Position numbers and translations under genes: made by a program. Source: Patescibacteria group bacterium (GTDB taxonomy: Bacteria; Patescibacteriota; Patescibacteriia; Patescibacteriales; JBAZCA01). From it: a DNA stretch of 64,000 nucleotides. The stretch covers positions 3,640-67,639 of the forward strand of contig JBAZUL010000008.1 in assembly GCA_041661405.1 (NCBI GenBank), in the 5' to 3' direction. The notes beneath the pieces were generated by a model. The model did not search any database. It worked only from the letters and a program-made list of their open reading frames with translations, and had not been told where the DNA came from. How positions within the stretch are numbered: the first letter of the stretch is position 1; each line of letters opens with the position of its first letter. Of the stretch, positions 1 to 9,240 are shown piece after piece.

Positions 1-584
1 AAACAATCCTCCTGGATGTTCCGTTCGCGTCCCAGGCTCCGTTCGGCGACTGGAAAGACGAACGCCAGCAGGACGGCTGTGAAGAAGCTTCGGCAATCAT
101 GGCCATGCTTTGGGTTAATGACCAGACCGCGATAACTAAGGATTATGCTTTAAGCAAAATCCTTGATATTTCCGCTTTTGAAGAAAAAAATTACGATACT
201 TTCCATGACACCGGCGCCAAAGAAACCCTTGAGCGGATCATTAATGATTATTTTAAATACGATAAAGCCGAGGTAAAATACGATATTACCTTAAACGGCC
301 TTAAATCCGAACTGGCTAAAGGCAACCTGATAATCGTTCCGGCCAACGGCCGGGAATTAAAAAACCCGAATTACACGGCTCCGGGTCCGGAACGGCACAT
401 GCTTGTCATTAAAGGCTATGACCCGAAAACGCGCGAATTCATTACGAACGATCCCGGCACCCGAAAAGGCGAAAATTACCGCTACAATGAAGAGCTGTTT
501 TTTAACGCTATCCGGGATTACCTTTGCGGCTATCATGTGCCGATTACCGAAACGCACAAAAACGTCATTGTGGTAAAAAAATAG
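1..584 (+). CDS. Peptidase C39-like (papain-fold) domain protein, 5-prime end outside window
   Basis: Frame 3 is open from the window edge (..LDVPFASQAPFGDWKDERQQDGCEEAS..) into the tracked 99-584 ORF. The Cys in QQDGCEEAS and the downstream His/Asp region (HMLVIKGYD, NDPG) fit the C39-like family. Confidence 0.6.
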   Translation, partial: TILLDVPFASQAPFGDWKDERQQDGCEEASAIMAMLWVNDQTAITKDYALSKILDISAFEEKNYDTFHDTGAKETLERIINDYFKYDKAEVKYDITLNGLKSELAKGNLIIVPANGRELKNPNYTAPGPERHMLVIKGYDPKTREFITNDPGTRKGENYRYNEELFFNAIRDYLCGYHVPITETHKNVIVVKK

Positions 585-596
585 CAACGCAAACAG

Positions 597-639
597 CGCC
601 CTGAACGTTTTAATTTAAAATTTCAGGGCGTTTTGTTTT
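597..639 (+). terminator. Rho-independent terminator after the C39-like gene
   Basis: Stem CGCCCTGAA (597-605) pairs with TTCAGGGCG (622-630) and is followed by TTTTGTTTT. It sits 13 nt after the stop codon. Confidence 0.7.
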
Positions 640-676
640 ATTCAGAAGCCAAAAATCGTGAGCCGGATTCGCGCCT

Positions 677-943
677 TTAATGCCTGTGGCCCATCATCCT
701 GTCTCCGTGGCGATAATGTTTTTTCAGCCAGGCGATTTTCGCGAAAATGGTAAATATGGCCAACAAACCGCCGACCAAAGCTCCAATTTTGATTTTTGTT
801 TTTGTCTCTTCGTCCGCGCTCTCGTAGCGCTTTTTTAATTCTTCGCAACGGCTGTGGATTTTCTCGCGCGCCATCCCGACCCACTTTTCAGGACTAAAAT
901 GCATTTTTTTGCCGCATTCGGGGCAATACTGTTCTTTGCACAT
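677..943 (-). CDS. Hypothetical small Cys-rich membrane protein with His-rich tail
   Basis: 88-aa ORF with an N-terminal Cys cluster (C2, C7xxC10, C33), one hydrophobic helix (IGALVGGLLAIFTIFAKIAW) and the tail HYRHGDRMMGHRH. No family recognised. Confidence 0.45.
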   Translation of the reverse strand: MCKEQYCPECGKKMHFSPEKWVGMAREKIHSRCEELKKRYESADEETKTKIKIGALVGGLLAIFTIFAKIAWLKKHYRHGDRMMGHRH

Positions 944-1056
944 AAAATTAAACTTAAGCTATTTTTAAGACTCATGTTTATTTAGACGGTAATGATTATA
1001 TTTAATTACATAATACCGCTTCTTGCCCCGGCTTTGCTTAAGAGCGGTTTTAGTTT

Positions 1057-1085
1057 TTGACAATCACGCTGATTTTAGCTAATAT
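1057..1085 (+). promoter_or_regulatory. Sigma-70-like promoter for fhs
   Basis: TTGACA (1057-1062), a 17-nt spacer, then TAATAT (1080-1085). It is preceded by a hairpin plus T-tract at 1015-1058. Confidence 0.5.
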
Positions 1086-1151
1086 TATGTAAAGGCTGTT
1101 CGCTAGTAAATTAAATTTTTTAAGCTAACATTAATTAAATTTATAATCATC

Positions 1152-2639
1152 ATGAAAAAAATTATCAGCGTGGCAAAGAAAATTGGCATACCGGAAAATT
1201 CGCTTGAATCGCAAGGGGACTACATTGCCAAAATAAAAATGCCTTTAAAGAAAAAAGTTGGAAAAAGAAAAGTCGGCAAGCTGATTTTATTCACCGCCAT
1301 TACCCCGACCCGTTTTGGCGAAGGAAAAACTACCATGTCCATTGGCATGGCCGACGCGCTTAACCGGCTCGGAAAAAAAGTTATCCTTGCCTTGCGCGAG
1401 CCGTCGCTTGGGCCGGTCTTTTCCCAAAAAGGCGGCGCGATCGGCGGAGGCAAGGCTAAAGTCGTTCCGTCCGAAGAAATAAATCTGCATTTTACCGGCG
1501 ACTTTCACGCCGTAACCGCCGTCCACAACCTGATTGCCGCGGAAATTGATAATTCCGTCCATTGGAGCAACCCTTTGGATGTCAAGGAAATTTATTGGAA
1601 GCGCTCCATGGATTTATGCGACCGCTCGCTCCGCAAGGAATTTAATATCACCGCCGCTTCGGAAATTATGGCCATTTTATGCCTGGCAAACGATCTAAAA
1701 GATTTATCCCGGCGGTTGGAGTCTATTGTCATTGGCGTGAACGGACAAGGCCGGCCGATAAAAGTCAAGGATTTGAAAATTATTGATAACCTTATCGCCC
1801 TCATGAAAAGGGCGATCCTGCCTAACCTGGCGCAAACCAACGAAGGCGCTCCGGCCATTATTCATGGCGGCCCGTTCGCCAATATCGCTCATGGCGCCAA
1901 CAGCCTGATCGCGACCCGAACCGCGCTTTCTTTAGCCGATTATGTCGTTACCGAAGCCGGGTTTGGTTCGGATTTGGGCGGACTTAAATTTTTTGATATT
2001 GTAAGCCGCTTAGGAAAACTTAAGCCCGCGGCCGTTGTTTTGGTCGCCACTAACCGAGCCTTAAAAGAGTGCGGCATGGATAACCTGGGACGGCATATTG
2101 AAATTATCCGGCGATTAGGCGTTGAACCGATCGTAGTAATTAATAAATTTAACGATGATACGGAAAAAGACGTAAATGAAATTAAAAAATATTGTGAAAG
2201 CCAAAACGCTTCATGCGAAGTGAGTTTAGCTTTCGCGCAGGGCGGAAAGGGAAGCCTGAAACTGGCGAAAATGGTCCTGAAAAAAATTGACTCTTTTGGC
2301 GCAAAATCCCCGGCCCTGCGTCCGCTCTACAGTCTCAGCGAAGGGATTAAAGAAAAGGTGGAAATAATCAATTCTGAAATTTTCGGCGGAGCATGCGTTC
2401 TATTCTCGCCGCTCGCCAAAGCTAAAATTGAGCAATACGTAAAGTGGGGCTACGGGCAACTGCCGGTCTGCGTCGCTAAAACCCAGTATTCGTTATCCGA
2501 CGACAAAGCCCAGCCGCGGATTACCGGCGGGTTTACTTTAAAAGTTACCGATGCCCGCCTTTCGGCCGGAGCCGGTTTTATTGTTATCCAGTGCGGCGGC
2601 ATATTAACCATGCCCGGCATGCCGGATAAAAAAATATGA
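1152..2639 (+). CDS. fhs: Formate--tetrahydrofolate ligase (shortened form)
   Basis: Motifs PTRFGEGKTT, EPSLGPVF, INLHFTGDFHA, GGPFANIAHG, AKTQYSLSDD and RLSAGAGF. At 495 aa it is shorter than the ~555 aa I recall for this family. Confidence 0.9.
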   Translation: MKKIISVAKKIGIPENSLESQGDYIAKIKMPLKKKVGKRKVGKLILFTAITPTRFGEGKTTMSIGMADALNRLGKKVILALREPSLGPVFSQKGGAIGGGKAKVVPSEEINLHFTGDFHAVTAVHNLIAAEIDNSVHWSNPLDVKEIYWKRSMDLCDRSLRKEFNITAASEIMAILCLANDLKDLSRRLESIVIGVNGQGRPIKVKDLKIIDNLIALMKRAILPNLAQTNEGAPAIIHGGPFANIAHGANSLIATRTALSLADYVVTEAGFGSDLGGLKFFDIVSRLGKLKPAAVVLVATNRALKECGMDNLGRHIEIIRRLGVEPIVVINKFNDDTEKDVNEIKKYCESQNASCEVSLAFAQGGKGSLKLAKMVLKKIDSFGAKSPALRPLYSLSEGIKEKVEIINSEIFGGACVLFSPLAKAKIEQYVKWGYGQLPVCVAKTQYSLSDDKAQPRITGGFTLKVTDARLSAGAGFIVIQCGGILTMPGMPDKKI

Positions 2640-3433
2640 AAGGCATTATTCTCGCTGGAGGGACGGCCACGAGGCTTTTTCCCTTAACAGCCACGACATC
2701 AAAACAACTGCTTCCGGTTTACGACCGGCAGATGATTTTTTATCCTTTGAATGTCCTTGTTAAAGCCGGTATTAAGGAAATCATGATTATCGTCGCCCCG
2801 GATCATTCCGGCCAGTTCCTTAACTTGCTGGGCGCGATTTTTGACAAGTATGACATTAAGCTGGAATTTAAAGTGCAGAAAACTCCCCGTGGTTTAGCCG
2901 ACGCTTTTTTAGTGGCGGAAAATTTCATTGACGGCGATAATGTCGCCATGATTTTAGGCGATAATATTTTTGAAGACGATTTTTCAGCGATAATAAAAAA
3001 ATTCAAATCCGGCGGGCATATCTTCGCGCGCGCCGTGCCGGATCCGGAAAGATACGGGGTGGTTAAGTTTGATGAAAATAATAATGCCACGATGATAGAG
3101 GAAAAGCCGAAAAAATGGCTCTCAGATTACGCCATTCCCGGACTCTATATTTACGACAGCCGGTGCGTTGCCGCCGCCAAAGCGGCTAAGCTTTCCGAAC
3201 GCGGGGAAATAGAAATTACCGAAATCCATAATTATTACTTGAAAAAGAAGGAATTGAAAGTAACAACTTTTAAGGGCGCCTGGCTGGACGCCGGAACTTT
3301 TGACACCCTTTTGCAGGCCGGACAAATCGTCAAAGAAAAGAAAATCAGCGAAAAATTTGACCAGAAAATAAACTCAGCCATCAAGGAATTCAACGAGGAA
3401 TTAAAATGCCTGGCTAAGAAAAAACTAACTTAG
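2636..3433 (+). CDS. Glucose-1-phosphate thymidylyl/nucleotidyl-transferase (RmlA-like)
   Basis: Signature GGTATRLFPLT..SKQLLPV, plus ILGDNIF and PERYGVV. The start overlaps the fhs stop (ATGA). Confidence 0.8.
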   Translation: MKGIILAGGTATRLFPLTATTSKQLLPVYDRQMIFYPLNVLVKAGIKEIMIIVAPDHSGQFLNLLGAIFDKYDIKLEFKVQKTPRGLADAFLVAENFIDGDNVAMILGDNIFEDDFSAIIKKFKSGGHIFARAVPDPERYGVVKFDENNNATMIEEKPKKWLSDYAIPGLYIYDSRCVAAAKAAKLSERGEIEITEIHNYYLKKKELKVTTFKGAWLDAGTFDTLLQAGQIVKEKKISEKFDQKINSAIKEFNEELKCLAKKKLT

Positions 3434-3442
3434 ATTAAGTCA

Positions 3443-3470
3443 AAAGTATAAAGTTTTAAAGTTGAAAGTT
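3443..3470. repeat. Tandem heptamer array AAAGTAT AAAGTTT TAAAGTT GAAAGTT
   Basis: Four ~7-nt units read directly from the sequence (spacing 7/8/7). Confidence 0.7.
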
Positions 3471-3525
3471 TTTTAAAACCGGCGGGTATAACTTTTAACT
3501 TTATGCTTAATAACTCTTATCAAAG

Positions 3526-4566
3526 ATGACAGACAATAAACCGAAGACATGTATCGGCTTTATCACTTACGGGCAGGGGACGGCCAAATACCTTCCGTTT
3601 TTTCTGGCTTCGCTAAAAGAACAAACATGCTTTTCGGATCTTAAAATTTTGGCTATTGACAACAGTGAAAGGGAAGAAAACGAAAACTCGACATACCTGA
3701 AAAATCATTTTCCGGAAATTGAATTAAAATGGGTCGGCCAGAATCTCGGGTTTGCCAAAGCTTATAATATCATGATCAGCCAGGCCATAGCTGAGGGCGC
3801 GAAGTATTTCATCGCCGTTAATCCGGACATGGTTTTAGAACCTAAATTTACCGAAGAACTTATTAAAACCATAGAGCAGAATGACAAGACCGGCGCTATC
3901 CAGCCGAAAATATTAAAATGGGATTTTGAAAATAATAAAAAAACGGATCAGACTGACAGCTACGGGATATTCATTACCAAAGAGCACCGCTTCTCCGATT
4001 TAAAGCAGGGTGAAAAAGACAATCCGCCGGTTAAAGAAGTTTACGAAATTTTCGGGTTTACCGGCGCGGCCGTAATTTTTCGGCTGGAAGCGTTAGCTGA
4101 TACAGCTTATTTCAACGGGCAATACAACGAATATTTTGATGAACTGATGTTCATGTATAAGGAAGACTGCGACCTTTCTTACCGGCTGAGGCTCGCGGGC
4201 TGGAAAATATTTTTTGAACCCAAAGCTGTCGCTTTTCACGACCGAAGCGTCAGTCCGGTCGGCGAGTCGGCCATAAAAATCGCCCTGAACCGAAAAAATA
4301 AAAGCCAACAGGTAAAGAAATGGTCGTTTTTAAACCAATGGATTTTACTTTTAAAAATCAAGGATTTGCCGTTTTCTTTTCGGGTTAAACTGGCAACGGA
4401 CTGGTATCAGCTTAAAAGCCTCATTTACGCCATAATATTTGAGCCGTATCTTTTATCGGAATTTTTAAGGCTTATAAAAATTAGAAAAGAAATCGGCCGG
4501 CGGCGAGAAACCCTGAAAATGAGGATTGATATAAAAGAGATTGAAAAATTCATGAATGGCCGCTAG
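3526..4566 (+). CDS. Glycosyltransferase family 2
   Basis: N-terminal IGFITYG strand, DNSERE, NPDM, FGFTGAAVIFR and EDCDLSYRLRLAGWKI, all typical of GT-A/GT2 enzymes. Confidence 0.8.
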   Translation: MTDNKPKTCIGFITYGQGTAKYLPFFLASLKEQTCFSDLKILAIDNSEREENENSTYLKNHFPEIELKWVGQNLGFAKAYNIMISQAIAEGAKYFIAVNPDMVLEPKFTEELIKTIEQNDKTGAIQPKILKWDFENNKKTDQTDSYGIFITKEHRFSDLKQGEKDNPPVKEVYEIFGFTGAAVIFRLEALADTAYFNGQYNEYFDELMFMYKEDCDLSYRLRLAGWKIFFEPKAVAFHDRSVSPVGESAIKIALNRKNKSQQVKKWSFLNQWILLLKIKDLPFSFRVKLATDWYQLKSLIYAIIFEPYLLSEFLRLIKIRKEIGRRRETLKMRIDIKEIEKFMNGR

Positions 4567-4605
4567 AATCACGGCCAACCGGGCGGGCTAAAATCCGGAG
4601 CGTCA

Positions 4606-5454
4606 ATGATAATTATGAAAAATAATATTTCCGCCTGCCTCATAATCCGCAATGAGGCCGGATTATTGGGAAGATGCCTTAAAAGCTTAGCCGGCGCGGT
4701 TGATGAAATAATTTTAATTCATGACGGAAAATGCGTTGACCAAAGCCTTGAAATCGCCAGCCAGTATAAGGCGAAAATTTTTGAACGGCCGGAACGGGGA
4801 TACATGGAGGCTCATCTGCCTTTTGCCCTGCGCGAAGCCGGAGGCGAATGGATTTTAAGGATTGACGCCGATGAATATCTATCGCAAGAGCTCGCCGCGA
4901 ATTTAAGAAAGCTTACCGCGGCCGAAGTTTGTGCTTACAGTTTTTTCTGGCCGCTTTGGGACGGAACAAGGGAAGTAAGCTCTTGCTGGCCGGTTAAAAC
5001 CTGTTTCTTTAAAAAAAACGCCGTTTCTTTTATCGCCTTGCCGCACGCCTTAATCCGGGTCGCCGGTAAAACCGCCCTGTCCGGCTTTACCCTTTATCAC
5101 CGTCCGGATTATGACAACCTGAGTATCGCTGTTTTCAAAAGCAAATGGCTTAAATGGGCGCGGACGCAGGCGCGAATTTATTTTAAAGATTTTTCAGCCG
5201 TTGAAAAATTTAATTGCGATGAAAAAAGCTGGCCGCTTAAAATCAGGCTAAGAAAAAAATTACCTTTAGCTCTTCTGCCATTGGAATTTTTCTGGACTTT
5301 CGCGGATAATCTCGCGAGCGGGGCGCTAAAAGCCGGGCAGGCCGGCCTAAAAACGGCTTTTTTCCGGGGACTTTACCGGGCAACGGTAAACTACCGCGTT
5401 TACGCCGAAAAAAGACTTTTAAAAAAATATCTTTTAAATAAAACTTCTTGTTAA
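4606..5454 (+). CDS. Glycosyltransferase family 2
   Basis: ISACLIIRNEAGLLGRCLKSL, ILIHDG and RIDADEYL (DxD). An alternative ATG lies at 4615. Confidence 0.7.
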   Translation: MIIMKNNISACLIIRNEAGLLGRCLKSLAGAVDEIILIHDGKCVDQSLEIASQYKAKIFERPERGYMEAHLPFALREAGGEWILRIDADEYLSQELAANLRKLTAAEVCAYSFFWPLWDGTREVSSCWPVKTCFFKKNAVSFIALPHALIRVAGKTALSGFTLYHRPDYDNLSIAVFKSKWLKWARTQARIYFKDFSAVEKFNCDEKSWPLKIRLRKKLPLALLPLEFFWTFADNLASGALKAGQAGLKTAFFRGLYRATVNYRVYAEKRLLKKYLLNKTSC

Positions 5455-5466
5455 TGCGTTACTAAA

Positions 5467-6378
5467 ATGGACTTATCAATAATTATCGTTTCCTGGAACG
5501 TGGCGGAAAAATTAAGAGAGAACCTGAAAGCGCTATATTTTAGCCAAGGCGTTTTTAGTTACGAAATTTTTGTCGTTGACAATAATTCGTCCGACGGCTC
5601 GGCGGAAATGGTAAAAAAAGAATTCCCGCGGGCAAACCTGATCATTAACGCCCATAACGCCGGCTTTGCCAAAGCCAATAATCAGGCAATGCGGGAAGCT
5701 AAAGGCGATTACATCCTCCTTTTAAATCCGGACATGAAAGTTTTTTCCGATACGCTCGCTAAGACGGTAAAATGGATGAAAGCGAACCCTAAGGCCGTTG
5801 TCGCCGGTTGCCGGCTGGTTGACGAAAAAAATAACACGATAAGACACGTCCGCCGCTTTCCGGAATTGAGCGATCAGCTGGCTATAATTTTAAAACTGCC
5901 GCATTTTTTTCCCGGCATTTTAAAGAGCTATTTACGGGAGGATTTTGATTATGACCGGGCGGCTAAAGTTGATTCAATCCGCGGCGGTTTTTTTATGATT
6001 AACCGGCGGGAAGCGGAAAAGATTGGCCGAAAAAATAGCGGTGACAGCAAAGACGGAAACAAAAAATCAACCCTGCCGTACTTGGACGAACGCTATTTTA
6101 TTTGGTTTGAAGAAGTGGATTATTGTCGGCAAATTAAAGAGGCGGGCGGCGAAGTTTGGTTCGCGCCGGCGGCTGAATGCGTTGACTTTGTCGGCCAAAG
6201 TTTTAAGCAGGTAAAGAGGGGAGTCGCGCAAAATTATTTTAGCGATTCCATGCTGAAATATTTTAAAAAATGGCGCCCGGCCTGGCAGTACTACCTGCTT
6301 AAAATCGCCTGGCCGATCGGGAGCTTTATGGCTAAGGCCGGAGAAATGCTGAATTTTAAAACCCGCGCAAAGACCTAA
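5467..6378 (+). CDS. Glycosyltransferase family 2
   Basis: LSIIIVSWNVAEKL, VVDNNSSDGS, LLLNPDM and EEVDYCRQIKEAGGEVWF. Confidence 0.85.
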   Translation: MDLSIIIVSWNVAEKLRENLKALYFSQGVFSYEIFVVDNNSSDGSAEMVKKEFPRANLIINAHNAGFAKANNQAMREAKGDYILLLNPDMKVFSDTLAKTVKWMKANPKAVVAGCRLVDEKNNTIRHVRRFPELSDQLAIILKLPHFFPGILKSYLREDFDYDRAAKVDSIRGGFFMINRREAEKIGRKNSGDSKDGNKKSTLPYLDERYFIWFEEVDYCRQIKEAGGEVWFAPAAECVDFVGQSFKQVKRGVAQNYFSDSMLKYFKKWRPAWQYYLLKIAWPIGSFMAKAGEMLNFKTRAKT

Positions 6379-6394
6379 AAATATAAAATAAGAT

Positions 6395-7465
6395 ATGGAT
6401 AAAAAAAAAGTTGGCATTATAATCGTCAACTACAAAGATTACGCGGAAAAATATCTCGCCGAGTGCCGGGATAGTTTGCGCGCGCAAAGTTATCCGCGGG
6501 AATTAACCCAAATCTATATAGTTGATAACGCCTCCACTGATAAAACCCGGCGCTTTTTAACGGAGCATTACCCTGAAGCCGCGGTCATCCCAAGGCCGGA
6601 CGGGAATTACGCCGCCGCCAACAATTCCGGGATTAAAAAAGCCCTTGAAGACGGCTGTGAATTAGCGGCAATCGCCAATATGGACGTAAAATTCGCTCCA
6701 GACTGGCTTAAGGAATTAGTAAGCGCCGCTGACAGTGATCCTGTTATCGGTATTGCCCAGTCGCGGATTTTGTTATATCCTAAAAAAATCGGCGCAACGC
6801 CGATAATTAACACTCTGGGAAACATCTGCCATTTCCTCGGTTTCGGTTTTACCTCGGGCTATGGCGAGCCGGATCGCCTGATTGAAGGCCTGCCGGAAAT
6901 CAGCGGCTACGCGAGCGGCTGTTCGTTCATAATAAAAAAAGAGGCGCTGGAAAAAATCAACGGCTATAACGAAGAATTTTACATGTACCATGACGACATG
7001 GAAATAAGCCTGAAAGCCAGGCTAGCCGGCTATAAAATCGTCCTGGCGCCGAAATCCGTTGTTTACCATAAATACGAATTTTCCCGGAGCGTCAAAATGC
7101 TTTATTTCATGGAAAGGAACCGGTACTTAGTGATGCTAATTTTTTACCGGTTGCCGACCATATTGCTCATTCTCCCGGCGCTTATTTTTATGGACTTTGG
7201 CATGGTGATATATTCTATTCCCGGCGGCTGGCTTAAAACCAAAATTTCAGTTTACGGGTATTTCATGAAATCAAAACACTGGCGCGCGATTTTCCGGGAA
7301 AGAAAAAAAATCAAGGCTCTGAAAAAACTGCCGGATAAAAAACTGCTGAAAAATTTCCAGGGTCAAATCCTTTTTCAGGAAATTAATAATCCGGTTCTAA
7401 AATATATCGCCAATCCTTTATTTAACGCCTACTGGAAGCTTGTAAAAAAAATATTAATCTGGTAA
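6395..7465 (+). CDS. Glycosyltransferase family 2 with C-terminal membrane helices
   Basis: VGIIIVNYKDYAEKYL, IVDNASTD and HDDMEISLKARLAGYKI, then hydrophobic helices (LVMLIFYRLPTILLILPALIFMDFGMVIY). Confidence 0.85.
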   Translation: MDKKKVGIIIVNYKDYAEKYLAECRDSLRAQSYPRELTQIYIVDNASTDKTRRFLTEHYPEAAVIPRPDGNYAAANNSGIKKALEDGCELAAIANMDVKFAPDWLKELVSAADSDPVIGIAQSRILLYPKKIGATPIINTLGNICHFLGFGFTSGYGEPDRLIEGLPEISGYASGCSFIIKKEALEKINGYNEEFYMYHDDMEISLKARLAGYKIVLAPKSVVYHKYEFSRSVKMLYFMERNRYLVMLIFYRLPTILLILPALIFMDFGMVIYSIPGGWLKTKISVYGYFMKSKHWRAIFRERKKIKALKKLPDKKLLKNFQGQILFQEINNPVLKYIANPLFNAYWKLVKKILIW

Positions 7466-7536
7466 TGGCTTCTTTTAACTGATAAAAACAAATAAATTTC
7501 CAATAATCAATTTATCAACTGCTAATTAAAAATTTA

Positions 7537-7564
7537 TTGATAATTGATCATTGAAAATTGATTA
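7537..7564. repeat. Tandem heptamer array TTGATAA TTGATCA TTGAAAA TTGATTA
   Basis: Four exact-period 7-nt units ending 1 nt before the ATG at 7566. Confidence 0.85.
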
Positions 7565-7565
7565 A

Positions 7566-8354
7566 ATGGATTTAAGCATTATCATAGTCAATTACAAAAG
7601 CCTGGAAAAAACCCGCCAATGCCTGCGGGCGGTTCGCGCTTCGGATTTTGACGGCTTTAGCCATGAAATTATTGTCGTGGATAACGCGTCCGGCGATAAT
7701 GTTGACGATTTAAAAAAAGACTTTCCGCATATTAAGACAGTCAAAGCTCCGGAAAACCGCGGCATGGGGGAGGGGAATAATCTCGGAATAAAGAATGCTT
7801 ACGGCGATTTTTTCCTTATCCTGAATCCCGACACCTACGTGGAAAAAAACGCCATCAAAGCCTTATGCCAATACATGGAAGACAACCCCCGGACAGGTAT
7901 TGTCGGCCCAAAGCTCTTAAACTCCGACTTAAGCCTCCAATATTCCTGTTTGCGTTTTCCTAAAATATATCTGCCGGTGATGCGGCGCACGTTTCTCGGA
8001 AAATTTTTTAAGTCCGAGCAAGAGCGGTTTATTATGGCTGATTTTAATCACGAAGAAATAAGAGAAGTTGATTGGATGCTCGGTTCAGCCCTGATGATTA
8101 GGCGAAGTATGCTAAAAAAAATCGGACCCGCTTTTGACGGGAGGTTCTTTATGTTTTTTGAAGATACTGACCTTTGCCGGAGAGCTAAAGCCGCCGGGTT
8201 CGGCGTTTTTTACCTTCCTTCGGCTCTCGCGGTCCATGATCACGCCCGGTTAAGCGCCAAAGGACGCTGGTATATAGCGCCGTTTACCAATAAGCTCGCG
8301 CGCGCCCATATCGCGTCCTGGATTAAATATTTTTGGAAATGGAAAAACTTATGA
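7566..8354 (+). CDS. Glycosyltransferase family 2
   Basis: LSIIIVNYKSLEKTRQCL, VVDNASGD, LILNPDT and FEDTDLCRRAKAAGFGVFY. Confidence 0.85.
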   Translation: MDLSIIIVNYKSLEKTRQCLRAVRASDFDGFSHEIIVVDNASGDNVDDLKKDFPHIKTVKAPENRGMGEGNNLGIKNAYGDFFLILNPDTYVEKNAIKALCQYMEDNPRTGIVGPKLLNSDLSLQYSCLRFPKIYLPVMRRTFLGKFFKSEQERFIMADFNHEEIREVDWMLGSALMIRRSMLKKIGPAFDGRFFMFFEDTDLCRRAKAAGFGVFYLPSALAVHDHARLSAKGRWYIAPFTNKLARAHIASWIKYFWKWKNL

Positions 8355-9214
8355 AAAAAATCAAAAAAGCCATCGTGGCGGTCGCCGGGTCGGGAACGCG
8401 TTTCCTGCCGGCCACCAAAGCCATGCCGAAAGAAATGCTTCCCATTGTGGACAAGCCTATTATCCAGCTCGTTGTTGAAGAGCTCGTTGAAGCCGGAATT
8501 GAAGACATAATCCTTGTTACAAAATGGGACAAAAAGCCGCTGGAAGACCATTTTGACAAAGCCTGGGCGCTGGAAAATGAATTAAAAAAATCCGGCAAGG
8601 AAAAAATGTGGCGGGAAATAAAAAACATCTCGGAAATGGCCAATTTTATTTATGTCCGGCAAAAAGGCCCTTACGGCAATGGGACGCCGATTCTGTCGGC
8701 CGCCAGTTTGGTTGACGACGAACCTTTTGTCCATGTCTGGGGGGATGACCTGGTTAAATCAAAAGTGTCATTTACGAAACAGATGGTCGATGATTATAAT
8801 AAGCACGGCTGTCCCATGATCGGCGTGCAGGAAGTGCCGGACAAAGAAACCAGCCGCTACGGCATTGTCAAACTTAAAGAAGGCACCATGGAACTTGAAG
8901 ATATTATTGAAAAACCCGAGCCCGGGAAATCGCCTTCCAATCTGGCCGATTTCGGCCGGATGATTTTAAACCAGGAGATAATTGATATCCTTAGGAAAAT
9001 CCCGCTCGGCAAAGACGGCGAGCTCTGGACCGTTGACGCTATCCGCGAATACGTCCGGCGCGGCAATAAATTCATGGCGAAAAAAATTACGGATGGCGAA
9101 TGGCTTACGACCGGCGATCCGCTGAATTATCTTAAAGCCGTCGTTAAATACGCGGTTGACCGGGAAGACATCGGCCCGGATTTCAGGGAATTTGCCAGAG
9201 GGATAATTAAATAG
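8351..9214 (+). CDS. galU: UTP--glucose-1-phosphate uridylyltransferase
   Basis: AVAGSGTRFLPATKAMPKEMLPIVDKP signature. I prefer the ATG at 8351 (ATGA overlap with the upstream stop) over the tracked 8333. Confidence 0.85.
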   Translation: MKKIKKAIVAVAGSGTRFLPATKAMPKEMLPIVDKPIIQLVVEELVEAGIEDIILVTKWDKKPLEDHFDKAWALENELKKSGKEKMWREIKNISEMANFIYVRQKGPYGNGTPILSAASLVDDEPFVHVWGDDLVKSKVSFTKQMVDDYNKHGCPMIGVQEVPDKETSRYGIVKLKEGTMELEDIIEKPEPGKSPSNLADFGRMILNQEIIDILRKIPLGKDGELWTVDAIREYVRRGNKFMAKKITDGEWLTTGDPLNYLKAVVKYAVDREDIGPDFREFARGIIK

Positions 9215-9240
9215 TTCAACAATTTCATCTAAGGACAACT

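Noticed and set aside
6067-6429. Antisense or overlapping ORFs inside well-supported genes. This one is an example; similar cases include 8240-8643, 23673-24068, 25151-25555, 50032-50787, 51985-52401 and 61170-61809.
   Set aside because: Each lies opposite or out of frame to a gene with strong family motifs, and their translations are low-complexity. They are typical shadow ORFs.
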